Positions 27,025 through 34,388 are shown, counted from the first letter of the stretch. The stretch is DNA of 64,000 bases from Escherichia coli (GCF_048403405.1 NZ_CP183129.1); one strand, 5' to 3'. A program made the numbers and translations. The notes: generated by a model not told the origin, from the letters alone.

Positions 27025-27049
27025 TGGCACCCTGTTAGCAAGGGTGCCA
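27025..27049. terminator. hairpin between convergent cargo gene 2 and parR
   Basis: TGGCACCCT-GTTAGCA-AGGGTGCCA; no clear U-tract. Confidence 0.4.
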
Positions 27050-27097
27050 GAATGATGTGTTGGTCTGTATTTTATTAGTTCACATACAATTATCAGA

Positions 27098-27412
27098 TTA
27101 TTCTGGGAATAAGGTCTGAATATTCTTTTTTATTCTATAAAAATTGCATTCAACTCCGCTAGGCTGATTATCCTGGTATGTTTCCTTGATGCTAACGGTA
27201 TTGAAGGGGAGGTTGTCCTCTGGCCATTCGGCCATCCAGTAGGCAAATGCTGGGTTGCGCTTTATGAGCGCTAGCCCAGCCAGAAAGGCCGCGCGTTGCG
27301 CGCGGCTGCGTTCGGAGGCTGGTAGGCTATCGAGGTAATTGCACGCCTCCTGTTCACTCTTGACGGCGGCGGGCTTCAGATAGAAACTTATCCGTCTGGT
27401 TGGTGTCGTCAT
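27098..27412 (-). CDS. parR: ParR-like centromere-binding adaptor
   Basis: Trimmed to ATG 27412. MTTPTRRISFYLKP...YLDSLPASERSRAQRAAFLAGLAL parallels R1 ParR (..TLDSIPQGERSRLNRAALTAGLAL). Confidence 0.8.
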   Translation of the reverse strand: MTTPTRRISFYLKPAAVKSEQEACNYLDSLPASERSRAQRAAFLAGLALIKRNPAFAYWMAEWPEDNLPFNTVSIKETYQDNQPSGVECNFYRIKKNIQTLFPE

Positions 27413-27416
27413 TGGT

Positions 27417-28376
27417 TTACTCCTTGTCCATTGCGTACAGCCCATTAACCAGAGCAAACTGTGGCACCCCGTCCGCGATGAAAGTCGCATTAACTCCGCA
27501 GACTTCGCGGATAGCGGGTGCCACAATCTCCGCCCCTCCACCGACAACCATCACCCGCCCGTAACCCGAAAAAACCGCCAGCGCGCGGATCACGCGTTGT
27601 TTCAGTGTTTCTTCCTTTTCACGAATAACCGCCATCAGGCTGGCGTAATGCGCGTCATTGTGGATGTGCTGGCGCAGCCAGGCTTCATCATGGCGATGTT
27701 CGATAATGGTATTGGCGATGTGGTGACTGGTGCGCATACCGTTAGTGGCCATCACCGACAGTACGGCATCGGCCATCAGGGAAACGCCTACGTGTGGATC
27801 GCAAAACACCTGGCTGATACCTGCCAGTTGCCCTTGAACCTTTGCCACATCCAGCGTGGTTCCGCCTAAATCCACAATCAGCAGGGATTCAAACGGACTC
27901 ATGTCAGCCAGTGCTTTAAAGCCAGCCGGAATGGATTCAGGCATAACCCGCACGTTACGGATAGTGAATGCTTCGCCGTTCTGGTACTCCACCGAGCGCA
28001 TAACGTTCGCTTTTTTGCGGTTGATGTTGGCCATGTCCGGCTGTGCGTTTGTCTCGAAATACTCGCTCAGTGGCAGGGTGACAACCACATCCACCTCTTG
28101 TGGCGTGATGCCTGATTTGACCAGCGCGTGATGAATGGCGATTACATTCACATCGCTGTACTGGTATTGCGTGTCGGTCGTCTGGACAAAGCGATCGCTG
28201 ACCGGATCAAAACCATAGCGCACGCCATCAAGCATGTAGTTCGCGGGCTGCATGCCACCGAACGGCGCAGACCATTCCGACTTGAAGCTGTTCGGGCTGA
28301 TGGCGTTGCGGCGTTCGCCATTCTCAGTCCATGCCAGCTTGATGTTGGTGGAGCCGTCGTCGATACAAATTTTCAT
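27417..28376 (-). CDS. parM: ParM/StbA actin-like segregation ATPase
   Basis: MKICIDDGSTNIKLAW...ISPNSFKSEW...YSDVNVIAIHHAL...VMPESIPAGF...LIVDLGGTTLD...GVSL...VMVVGGGAE is colinear with plasmid R1 ParM as I remember it. Confidence 0.95.
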   Translation of the reverse strand: MKICIDDGSTNIKLAWTENGERRNAISPNSFKSEWSAPFGGMQPANYMLDGVRYGFDPVSDRFVQTTDTQYQYSDVNVIAIHHALVKSGITPQEVDVVVTLPLSEYFETNAQPDMANINRKKANVMRSVEYQNGEAFTIRNVRVMPESIPAGFKALADMSPFESLLIVDLGGTTLDVAKVQGQLAGISQVFCDPHVGVSLMADAVLSVMATNGMRTSHHIANTIIEHRHDEAWLRQHIHNDAHYASLMAVIREKEETLKQRVIRALAVFSGYGRVMVVGGGAEIVAPAIREVCGVNATFIADGVPQFALVNGLYAMDKE

Positions 28377-28404
28377 GTCGATTTTCCTTATGTTGGTTAA
28401 TTAA

Positions 28405-28518
28405 CCGTTTACGGGATTTTTAAATCCCGCTTTCGCCTGTTTTGTGCGCGCTTCATATATCGCGGCGCGTTTTTTGCTCATTTACGGGATTTGTGAATCC
28501 CGTTTCTGTCTGTTTTTT
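28405..28518. repeat. two ~38-bp direct repeats, each with an 18-bp palindrome (CGGGATTTTTAAATCCCG 28412-28429; CGGGATTTGTGAATCCCG 28485-28502): parC-like candidate
   Basis: The repeats bracket the region immediately upstream of parM. The second copy lies inside the 3' end of gene A. Confidence 0.45.
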
Positions 28519-31293
28519 GTTTCCACTGGTCAGGCCAGTCCTCAGCAGGTTTGCTTTGCGGCGGGCGCGTTCAGTGGTTTCTCTGATTCTCTGTGCGTGC
28601 TCTGCGTCACGAATGGCGCGCAGCATGTCAGAAAGCACGGTAACGGGTGTTTTCATGGTGTTCTGGACCTGCTGAAGTGTGGATGCCAGGCGTGCGGCGG
28701 CTTCGGGGTCTGATGCCCCGAGCTGTGCCAGATAGCTGGAGACCGGGTTATGGCGGATCTCCGTGCTGCTTACGCCGTGATTACGGCTCAGGCGCTGCCA
28801 GAGCTGCGTGATTCGGCTGTCCGGGCGGGCATCCGGTTTGCGTACAATTTCAAATCCCTGCGGTGCAATGATGCTGCCGTCAACGTACAGACTGCCGCCC
28901 CGTAACAGGTGCTGCATCTGTTGTTCACCGATATGCAGGCCGAGAGATTCAGCAGACTCCCGCCATTCTTTAGCGAGTAATTCGTGGTTATCAGGCAAAG
29001 GCCGCTGCTGTTTGCGGCTCTGTGTCCAGCTCTGCATTTCATCGCTGCTGTTTTTTGCCTGTTTGTCACGAAGCGAACGCATCAGCGCCCGGCGTTCGTG
29101 TCGTTTCAGTGAGCGCATCCATTCGTTCACTTCAACGCCGTTAGGGAGCTGCGGCCACGGTGCTGGCCGTTCTTCCGGCTGTTCTGTCCCGTTGTTGTCC
29201 GTTTCCTGTACACGGGGACAGTTATTGCCACGAGTCCAAGGGGCGGCAGGGCCGCCCTGAAGGTCAAAACCATTTTCGCGGGCGCTGTCTTCCGCTTCCG
29301 GTTTGCGTCTTACCAGCTTCCAGTTATCCGGATGCGTGCACACACGGGAGGATTCCCCGATGAGTGGTGACCAGATCCCGTAAATCTGTACGCTCTGTTC
29401 GCCGTAATCGTTCATCTCATCGGCGAGGTCGTAGGCGGTGCGAATCAGGTAGTCTTTGCGTGGAACAAGTACGCCGCCCTGTTTCTCTATGTAGGTGGCA
29501 AAACATCCGGCATCAGCGGCGGCAAGAACCGCATCCATTGCGTCATCCTTCAGCCGTTGCGGGCCTTCCGGGTTGCGTGCCATCTGGCTGGCAAGGCGGC
29601 GCAGTTCACGCCATACCTGGCGGGAGGGGATGCCAAAGAACTGGAACTGGCGGACCCGGTGAAGGCGCGCCCAGCCGATGGCGCGTTCCACGCTCTCGGC
29701 CATTGATTTTCCGGTTTCGTGGTCAACGCGTGGCTTGCCCGTTTTCGGGTCGATGCCATCCACGGCACGGCTGTCCAGGTTTTTCCCGATGTAGGTGGCG
29801 ATGTAGCTGGTCGGTGTGCCTTTTGAGCCGTCGACGTACTCCGCCTTAAAGCGTGGGGTAATATCATCACCCAGCTCGTGACGATCTTCCTGAATGGCAA
29901 TATCGCGGGTGTGGGACACAATAGTGTCGATTTCTTCCGGATGAGCAAAGACCATCATATGCCAGTGCACGGTGCCGTCATGGTGAGGCTCCACCGTGCG
30001 GATGCCATACCAGCGCAGGCCGTCGCGGTTCAGTTTCTTGCGGACCGCCGCAAAAAACGTGTTAACCAGGTAATCGCTGGAGTCGCGCATGGTGGCCCCG
30101 TTCCATTTGGGATTCGGATGACCGTTCTCTGTTGTGGCGTGGTATTTTGACGGGCAGGTGACAGTCAGAAACACCGCTCTGTCGCCACGGGCTTCGGCCA
30201 GAAGTTCCAGCCCCTTCATGGTGGCCATCATTTCTGCCTTACGGTGAACCGGGTTACTTACTCCCGCGTAATACACTGTCTCGAGATCAATCGTGAACCC
30301 ATCTTCGTTTTCCAGCATGAAACTTTTCAGGAAATCGCGTGTTTTCTCGCGCTGTGCGCGAAACTCGCTTAATGCGTCCTGGCTCAGATAGGGCGATGTT
30401 TTTCTGGAAACCAGACAGGCGGCGCGGAGTTGTTCTTCTCTCCACTCGCAACGTAACAGCCACAGTTTGCGTTTCCACCATTCCGCACAGGTCAGGCGAA
30501 GGATTGCGCCCGGCAGCAGCTCCGTGTCCGGTTCGTTCCTCCGGTCTTTATCTGTTGTCAGTGCGTCATAATGTGGAGGCATGATGTGCAGGTGTAACGC
30601 CATGCGGGCCAGCATCTGATACGCCTTCAGCGTTACATCCATGGTCAGTTCGCCATCGGTCGCGCCAAAGCCATCGCAGAGTTTTTCGAAGGTGCTGCTG
30701 AACATCGCCGCCGTCATGGTGGCCAGCGTCTGTATCTGGTGTTTGTTGAGCTGCGGCAGGTAAAGCAAATCGTCCAGGCGTTCGCGTCCGGCAAGGGAGC
30801 GATAACCAGGTGTCAGCCAGCGCCCGTCAGTGCGATCCAGACGTTCGAATATTTTGCGCAGGGTTCCGCGTGCATAGCGTTCCGCCTGCCAGGTCTTTTT
30901 GCCTTTCTGACGATCGGCTTCCTGCTTCTTGCGCAGGAAAGAGAGGTGGCGGCTCAGAGGTTCTCGCAGATAACCGGGAAGCGCCTTCAGTGTGGCAAAG
31001 GCACGGGCTACCGGGTCTTGTTCTGTTGCCCGGCGCTTACTGATGATGCTCTGTGCCAGCTTTTCACGCTGTCCGGCTTCCTCAAGGGATGCCATGAGTT
31101 TTTTACCCATGGCGGATTGTGCGAAAAAGGCTTCTTCCTTCGCTTCCTGTTCTTCCTGTGCCCTTTTGTCCGCCTCAAGGTAGTAACGGATGGCGCGTTG
31201 CAGGTCGGTTTCAGTTTCCTGCCTGCGCTCCGTAAATCTGGCCGGATCAATAGCTGGTCGTGGTTCATTCCAGCTCCATGCAAACGCACTCAT
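28453..31293 (-). CDS. A: replication initiation endonuclease gpA (rolling-circle Rep), 946 aa
   Basis: Contains ..VEPHHDGTVHWHMMVF.. (HUH-like) and ..GTPTSYIATYIGKN.. (catalytic Tyr pair). ATG 31293 overlaps the upstream stop (ATGA). It is about 185 aa longer than my recollection of P2 A (761 aa). Confidence 0.9.
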   Translation of the reverse strand: MSAFAWSWNEPRPAIDPARFTERRQETETDLQRAIRYYLEADKRAQEEQEAKEEAFFAQSAMGKKLMASLEEAGQREKLAQSIISKRRATEQDPVARAFATLKALPGYLREPLSRHLSFLRKKQEADRQKGKKTWQAERYARGTLRKIFERLDRTDGRWLTPGYRSLAGRERLDDLLYLPQLNKHQIQTLATMTAAMFSSTFEKLCDGFGATDGELTMDVTLKAYQMLARMALHLHIMPPHYDALTTDKDRRNEPDTELLPGAILRLTCAEWWKRKLWLLRCEWREEQLRAACLVSRKTSPYLSQDALSEFRAQREKTRDFLKSFMLENEDGFTIDLETVYYAGVSNPVHRKAEMMATMKGLELLAEARGDRAVFLTVTCPSKYHATTENGHPNPKWNGATMRDSSDYLVNTFFAAVRKKLNRDGLRWYGIRTVEPHHDGTVHWHMMVFAHPEEIDTIVSHTRDIAIQEDRHELGDDITPRFKAEYVDGSKGTPTSYIATYIGKNLDSRAVDGIDPKTGKPRVDHETGKSMAESVERAIGWARLHRVRQFQFFGIPSRQVWRELRRLASQMARNPEGPQRLKDDAMDAVLAAADAGCFATYIEKQGGVLVPRKDYLIRTAYDLADEMNDYGEQSVQIYGIWSPLIGESSRVCTHPDNWKLVRRKPEAEDSARENGFDLQGGPAAPWTRGNNCPRVQETDNNGTEQPEERPAPWPQLPNGVEVNEWMRSLKRHERRALMRSLRDKQAKNSSDEMQSWTQSRKQQRPLPDNHELLAKEWRESAESLGLHIGEQQMQHLLRGGSLYVDGSIIAPQGFEIVRKPDARPDSRITQLWQRLSRNHGVSSTEIRHNPVSSYLAQLGASDPEAAARLASTLQQVQNTMKTPVTVLSDMLRAIRDAEHAQRIRETTERARRKANLLRTGLTSGNKKQTETGFTNPVNEQKTRRDI

Positions 31294-31679
31294 GGCTGGT
31301 ATCCCGTCACGCGCTGCCACTCCTGCGAGAAGAGGGCGGAAAGGCGGTTAAATTCAGCGGTGTATTCACTCAGCGAGGCACACCCGCCAGCAGTGCGATG
31401 CGCCAGCATTGCTGCAAATACGGAGGCCGGAGAGTCGTAATACGCCAGCAGTGATTCGCCGTGCGGTGTCAGGCAGTGCAACGCCAGTCCGTGTGGTGTG
31501 AAGTCCACGCGGTAGCAGTCGTCTACTGTGAAATAAAGGGTGTCTGCATTCTCCGGTTTTGTGGTGCGTGCTCTGTTGTCACGACCACGGATGTAGAGAT
31601 CAAATAACCCCTGAAGAACGGGAGCCAGACGGGTGTCCTGTGTGCGCACCCATCTTGTGAAGTCATGAGCGTCAATCAT
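31290..31679 (-). CDS. hypothetical early protein (129 aa)
   Basis: ORF track; translationally coupled to A. Confidence 0.6.
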   Translation of the reverse strand: MIDAHDFTRWVRTQDTRLAPVLQGLFDLYIRGRDNRARTTKPENADTLYFTVDDCYRVDFTPHGLALHCLTPHGESLLAYYDSPASVFAAMLAHRTAGGCASLSEYTAEFNRLSALFSQEWQRVTGYQP

Positions 31680-31751
31680 GCTGCAATTCTCTTTACTACA
31701 GATGTGCGAAGGCCTCCCGCCGCAAGGTGCAGAAAAGGCCCGGAACAGGAA

Positions 31752-31982
31752 TTAATGGAGTTTGTTTTGCTGCTGGATGAGCTGTTGAAGCTCGTGCAGA
31801 TCATCCGCCAGATAGCTGAAAACAGAGGCGGAATAAATGTTTGATAGTGCGTGGCTGCGCTCATGCAGCATATTGATGTGCATGATTTGCGCGACGCGTG
31901 ATGCGCGGGAAAGTCTGCGGTTGATTTCAGTCTGGATGTGACGACGCTCCGCGATAGCGCGGTGCTGTTTGCGGTCTGCCAT
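31752..31982 (-). CDS. hypothetical basic/helical 76-aa protein; predicted target of the C4-like RNA
   Basis: ORF track. The SD AAGAGG lies 7 nt upstream of ATG 31982 and sits inside the GAGCAAAGAGG box. Confidence 0.6.
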   Translation of the reverse strand: MADRKQHRAIAERRHIQTEINRRLSRASRVAQIMHINMLHERSHALSNIYSASVFSYLADDLHELQQLIQQQNKLH

Positions 31983-32040
31983 GGTGTGGCCTCTTTGCTC
32001 GGTGATAGAAATAACTCACCATCCAGAGTTGAGAATCTCG
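31983..32040 (-). promoter_or_regulatory. downstream target copy (a2/b2-like): UUCUCAAC (32035->32028) ... GAGCAAAGAGG (32000->31990, contains SD)
   Basis: Exact complementarity to the two exposed boxes of the 32120->32041 RNA. Confidence 0.6.
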
Positions 32041-32120
32041 GGGTGGCGAGACGTACAGGGTTCTCAACACCGGAGAGCAAAGAATCCGGCCCGACCGAAG
32101 TCGGCCCCGTACGCCCCGCC
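32041..32120 (-). ncRNA. C4-type antisense RNA (P1/P7 c4-like), ~79 nt
   Basis: Hand-folded. A 16-bp closing stem GGCGGGGCGUACGGGG/CCCUGUACGUCUCGCC (13 WC + 3 GU) is followed by a 3' ACCC. Inside are the hairpins CCGAC-UUCG-GUCGG and CCGGA-UUCUUUGCUC-UCCGG, then single-stranded UGUUGAGAA. TTGCCA-17-AATTAT lies immediately upstream (32149->32121). Confidence 0.6.
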
Positions 32121-32161
32121 ATAATTCTGACGCGAAAAAGACGTGGCAATACAGTACGCAC

Positions 32162-32182
32162 AAAAAAACCGCTTGCGCGGTT
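32162..32182 (-). terminator. intrinsic terminator-like hairpin inside the early operon
   Basis: The minus strand reads AACCGCGCAAGCGGUUUUUUU. Confidence 0.5.
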
Positions 32183-32184
32183 AT

Positions 32185-32216
32185 GCGCTTTGCTCTGTAT
32201 CGGGTTGAGAATCCCG
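32185..32216 (-). promoter_or_regulatory. upstream target copy (a1/b1-like): CGGGAUUCUCAACCCG hairpin ... AGAGCAAAG
   Basis: Same two boxes as the downstream copy, with an 8-nt spacer instead of 27 nt. Confidence 0.55.
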
Positions 32217-32304
32217 GCACCCGTTTTATGAGGTGCAGCGGAAATGTAACCTGACCGATTGAGGCATGGCAAGCGGTTTTTTTGTGTGTGCATGTTCTGG
32301 TTTC

Positions 32305-32604
32305 TTACTGGTTCAGAAAAAAATCAAAAACGTTATCGATGCGTTGCAGCAGCTCTTGCTGCATTGCTTCCGGCGTTTCCGGTTCGCCAGGTGCCCCCAG
32401 CGTTGCGCAGAAATCAGCGATTTCATGATGGAGCGTGAGGCGAATGGCAGGAGCCGTGGTTCTGGCGTGCTCCAGCTGATCCAGCAGTGCCAGCACAGCA
32501 GACGGCGAGAGCATTGCGCGAAATGCCAGTAATTTTTGAGGCGTTGCCATTCGTTGCAGGGCAAATGCCAGTTCGCGTAGCTTCTGGTGGTTGATGGTGC
32601 TCAT
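32305..32604 (-). CDS. hypothetical early protein (99 aa)
   Basis: ORF track; overlaps the upstream gene by 4 nt. Confidence 0.6.
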   Translation of the reverse strand: MSTINHQKLRELAFALQRMATPQKLLAFRAMLSPSAVLALLDQLEHARTTAPAIRLTLHHEIADFCATLGAPGEPETPEAMQQELLQRIDNVFDFFLNQ

Positions 32605-32846
32605 GCTCTGGCTTCCTTCAGTAGCTGGTTAAACATGTTGGTAAGTGGATTGCCGCACCCGAACGGCATCGGGTTTATCTGGTAAGAAAAGCGACCGCCT
32701 GTTTTGCGCTCTTTTCTTATGACTGAACCGCTGCGCCAGAGTCGGCGTAACTCCGCATTAATGGCTGTGGTTGGGGTATTCAGTGCTGCGGCGATTTCTC
32801 CACCGCTACACCCCGGATTGGCAGCGATATAATCCAGAATGGTCAT
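32601..32846 (-). CDS. small winged-helix-like DNA-binding protein (81 aa)
   Basis: MTILDYIAANPGCSGGEIAAALNTPTTAINAELRRLWRSGSVIRKE looks like a wHTH; ORF track. Confidence 0.6.
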   Translation of the reverse strand: MTILDYIAANPGCSGGEIAAALNTPTTAINAELRRLWRSGSVIRKERKTGGRFSYQINPMPFGCGNPLTNMFNQLLKEARA

Positions 32847-33046
32847 CTGCGTGACTCCTGTACCTGTCGGATAAGGTTCACCTGCACCACATTCGTGGCG
32901 CAGAAGTAAGTGCCGTCAGTGAGATAGATGTGATGTGCATCCTTTTCTGAACGGTGTTTGTCGATTGTGGTAATCAGGCGTTCGTCGACTTCGTATTCAC
33001 GTCCTCTGGAGGTAAAACGAACGACAGGAAAATGCTTAATTGCCAT
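32843..33046 (-). CDS. hypothetical early protein (67 aa)
   Basis: ORF track; coupled by a 4-nt overlap. Confidence 0.55.
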   Translation of the reverse strand: MAIKHFPVVRFTSRGREYEVDERLITTIDKHRSEKDAHHIYLTDGTYFCATNVVQVNLIRQVQESRR

Positions 33047-33132
33047 TACGCCTCCTTGGCGTATGCGAATACCTCCGCGAATGCGGATTGTTTTTACATT
33101 TTCTTATTTAACCTGTGGTTTTATTTGCTCTG

Positions 33133-33246
33133 TTATTCGCCAGTGAAAAAGCGTTCAATCTTTTTTACTGAATGAATAATTCGCATAATCCCAATGGCGC
33201 AGGCCACAGAAATAATCAGAACAAGCCATGAGATAAATATACTCAT
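33133..33246 (-). CDS. 37-aa hydrophobic peptide MSIFISWLVLIISVACAIGIMRIIHSVKKIERFFTGE
   Basis: Hand-translated. The ATG overlaps the upstream stop (ATGA). It has one TM helix. Confidence 0.4.
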   Translation of the reverse strand: MSIFISWLVLIISVACAIGIMRIIHSVKKIERFFTGE

Positions 33247-33485
33247 GCGATATTCCCCAGCTTATACGGTTCAATATGTTCCCCGCATTCTGCGGCACAG
33301 ATTAGCTCGGAAAGTTCGTTAAGTGCATCCAGATCATCAGCGTAAAAAGCCACGTCATACAGACTCCGGATTGCCCTGGTCAATGAGTCACGGGCTGCAC
33401 GTTCAGCATGAGAGCCTGATGCACTTAAGCGAAAATAAAAACGCTCAAGTGCTTTGTTGATGAGTGTTTTATATTCTTTGCCCAT
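33243..33485 (-). CDS. hypothetical early protein (80 aa)
   Basis: ORF track. Confidence 0.55.
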   Translation of the reverse strand: MGKEYKTLINKALERFYFRLSASGSHAERAARDSLTRAIRSLYDVAFYADDLDALNELSELICAAECGEHIEPYKLGNIA

Positions 33486-33496
33486 TGCAACACCCT

Positions 33497-33784
33497 TTAA
33501 TCTGCTTTCTGAATTTCAGCTTCTGAATCCATGCAAATAATTTCGATATAGGGTTCATTGCCATTAGCCTGGCGCGCTTTTTCAGCTTTGCTAATGATTT
33601 CTCGTACGGTCTGGTACGGAAGTTCCACAAGCAGTCGCGTGCCGTTCAGATAAACGTAAGTGGCTTCGTCGGCTCCGTTTTTACCCGCCGGAGCCACTCC
33701 ATCAATAGCGGATGCGCGTAATAACAGTTCACCGCGAAAATCAATAAAACGGATAAATACACCTTGTGCATGGTCTTTGGTCAT
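33497..33784 (-). CDS. hypothetical early protein (95 aa)
   Basis: The ORF-track frame was trimmed to ATG 33784 (MTKDHAQGVF..) so it does not overlap the upstream gene. Confidence 0.55.
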   Translation of the reverse strand: MTKDHAQGVFIRFIDFRGELLLRASAIDGVAPAGKNGADEATYVYLNGTRLLVELPYQTVREIISKAEKARQANGNEPYIEIICMDSEAEIQKAD

Positions 33785-33794
33785 AAAGCACCTG

Positions 33795-34136
33795 TTATAA
33801 ATCAGCCTGTTTAATAAAACTTTGTCCGCGAAGCAGACGATCAACCGTGCGTAGTGCTTCGTATAATGTGAAATCCTGCCCGAACTGATTTTCGCCGCTG
33901 CTTAGAGCAAAAATGCGGTTTCCAGTAAACGGGTTGCGTGGGCATTTGTGGACCACGATTCCAGCTTTCTCAATCAGCCAGGCATGCTCGCCGATTTGTT
34001 TTACTGGGTAGCCATCCGGCGTTGCGTGTGTATCACTCAGGCTGTAGCGGATGTTGCTGCGTGATGCACTGGTAGCGAAACGATTAGCGTGACGTTCAGC
34101 ACCATTACGAAAGCGTGAATTACGTTGCTGTTTCAT
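33795..34136 (-). CDS. hypothetical early protein (113 aa)
   Basis: ORF track. Confidence 0.55.
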   Translation of the reverse strand: MKQQRNSRFRNGAERHANRFATSASRSNIRYSLSDTHATPDGYPVKQIGEHAWLIEKAGIVVHKCPRNPFTGNRIFALSSGENQFGQDFTLYEALRTVDRLLRGQSFIKQADL

Positions 34137-34137
34137 G

Positions 34138-34245
34138 TTAAAGACTCTGTACAGATTTAATTATTCCGGCATAGCGGCCGAACTCAAAATATTTGCGATT
34201 AAATCGCATCGCATTGTTTTCACGTTGTGCGGACTGCTGGTTCAT
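34138..34245 (-). CDS. 35-aa basic peptide MNQQSAQRENNAMRFNRKYFEFGRYAGIIKSVQSL
   Basis: Hand-translated. A GGAGG lies 9 nt upstream. The stop is 1 nt before the next ATG. Confidence 0.45.
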   Translation of the reverse strand: MNQQSAQRENNAMRFNRKYFEFGRYAGIIKSVQSL

Positions 34246-34349
34246 TTTCGTTTGCCTCCGCACATGAGAATTACGCCGCTTAAGAGGTAACCGAAGTTAA
34301 TTGATAGTATTACAATTAACATAAGGTCCAATTTGTCCATGCCACACAT
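34242..34349 (-). CDS. 35-aa membrane peptide MCGMDKLDLMLIVILSINFGYLLSGVILMCGGKRK
   Basis: Hand-translated. A GAGGG lies 5 nt upstream. There is an ATGA overlap with the next ORF. Confidence 0.4.
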   Translation of the reverse strand: MCGMDKLDLMLIVILSINFGYLLSGVILMCGGKRK

Positions 34350-34388
34350 AATTACCCTCATTGCAGTAGTTGTGGTTTATCAGGTTTC

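Noticed and set aside
31676-32293. 205-aa minus-strand ORF spanning the ORF-free gap of the early operon (plus the overlapping 97-aa ORFs at 31927-32220 and 31938-32231)
   Set aside because: It has no SD and overlaps the well-supported 76-aa ORF out of frame. The region is better explained by the structured C4-like RNA, its repeated target boxes and a terminator hairpin.
31983-32304. Retron msr/msd or tRNA gene hypothesis for the structured region
   Set aside because: There is no reverse transcriptase gene anywhere in the prophage. The fold lacks D-, anticodon- and T-arm geometry (the TTGAGAAT loops do not fit a GTTCRANNC T-loop). The triplicated two-box complementarity fits the c4 paradigm instead.
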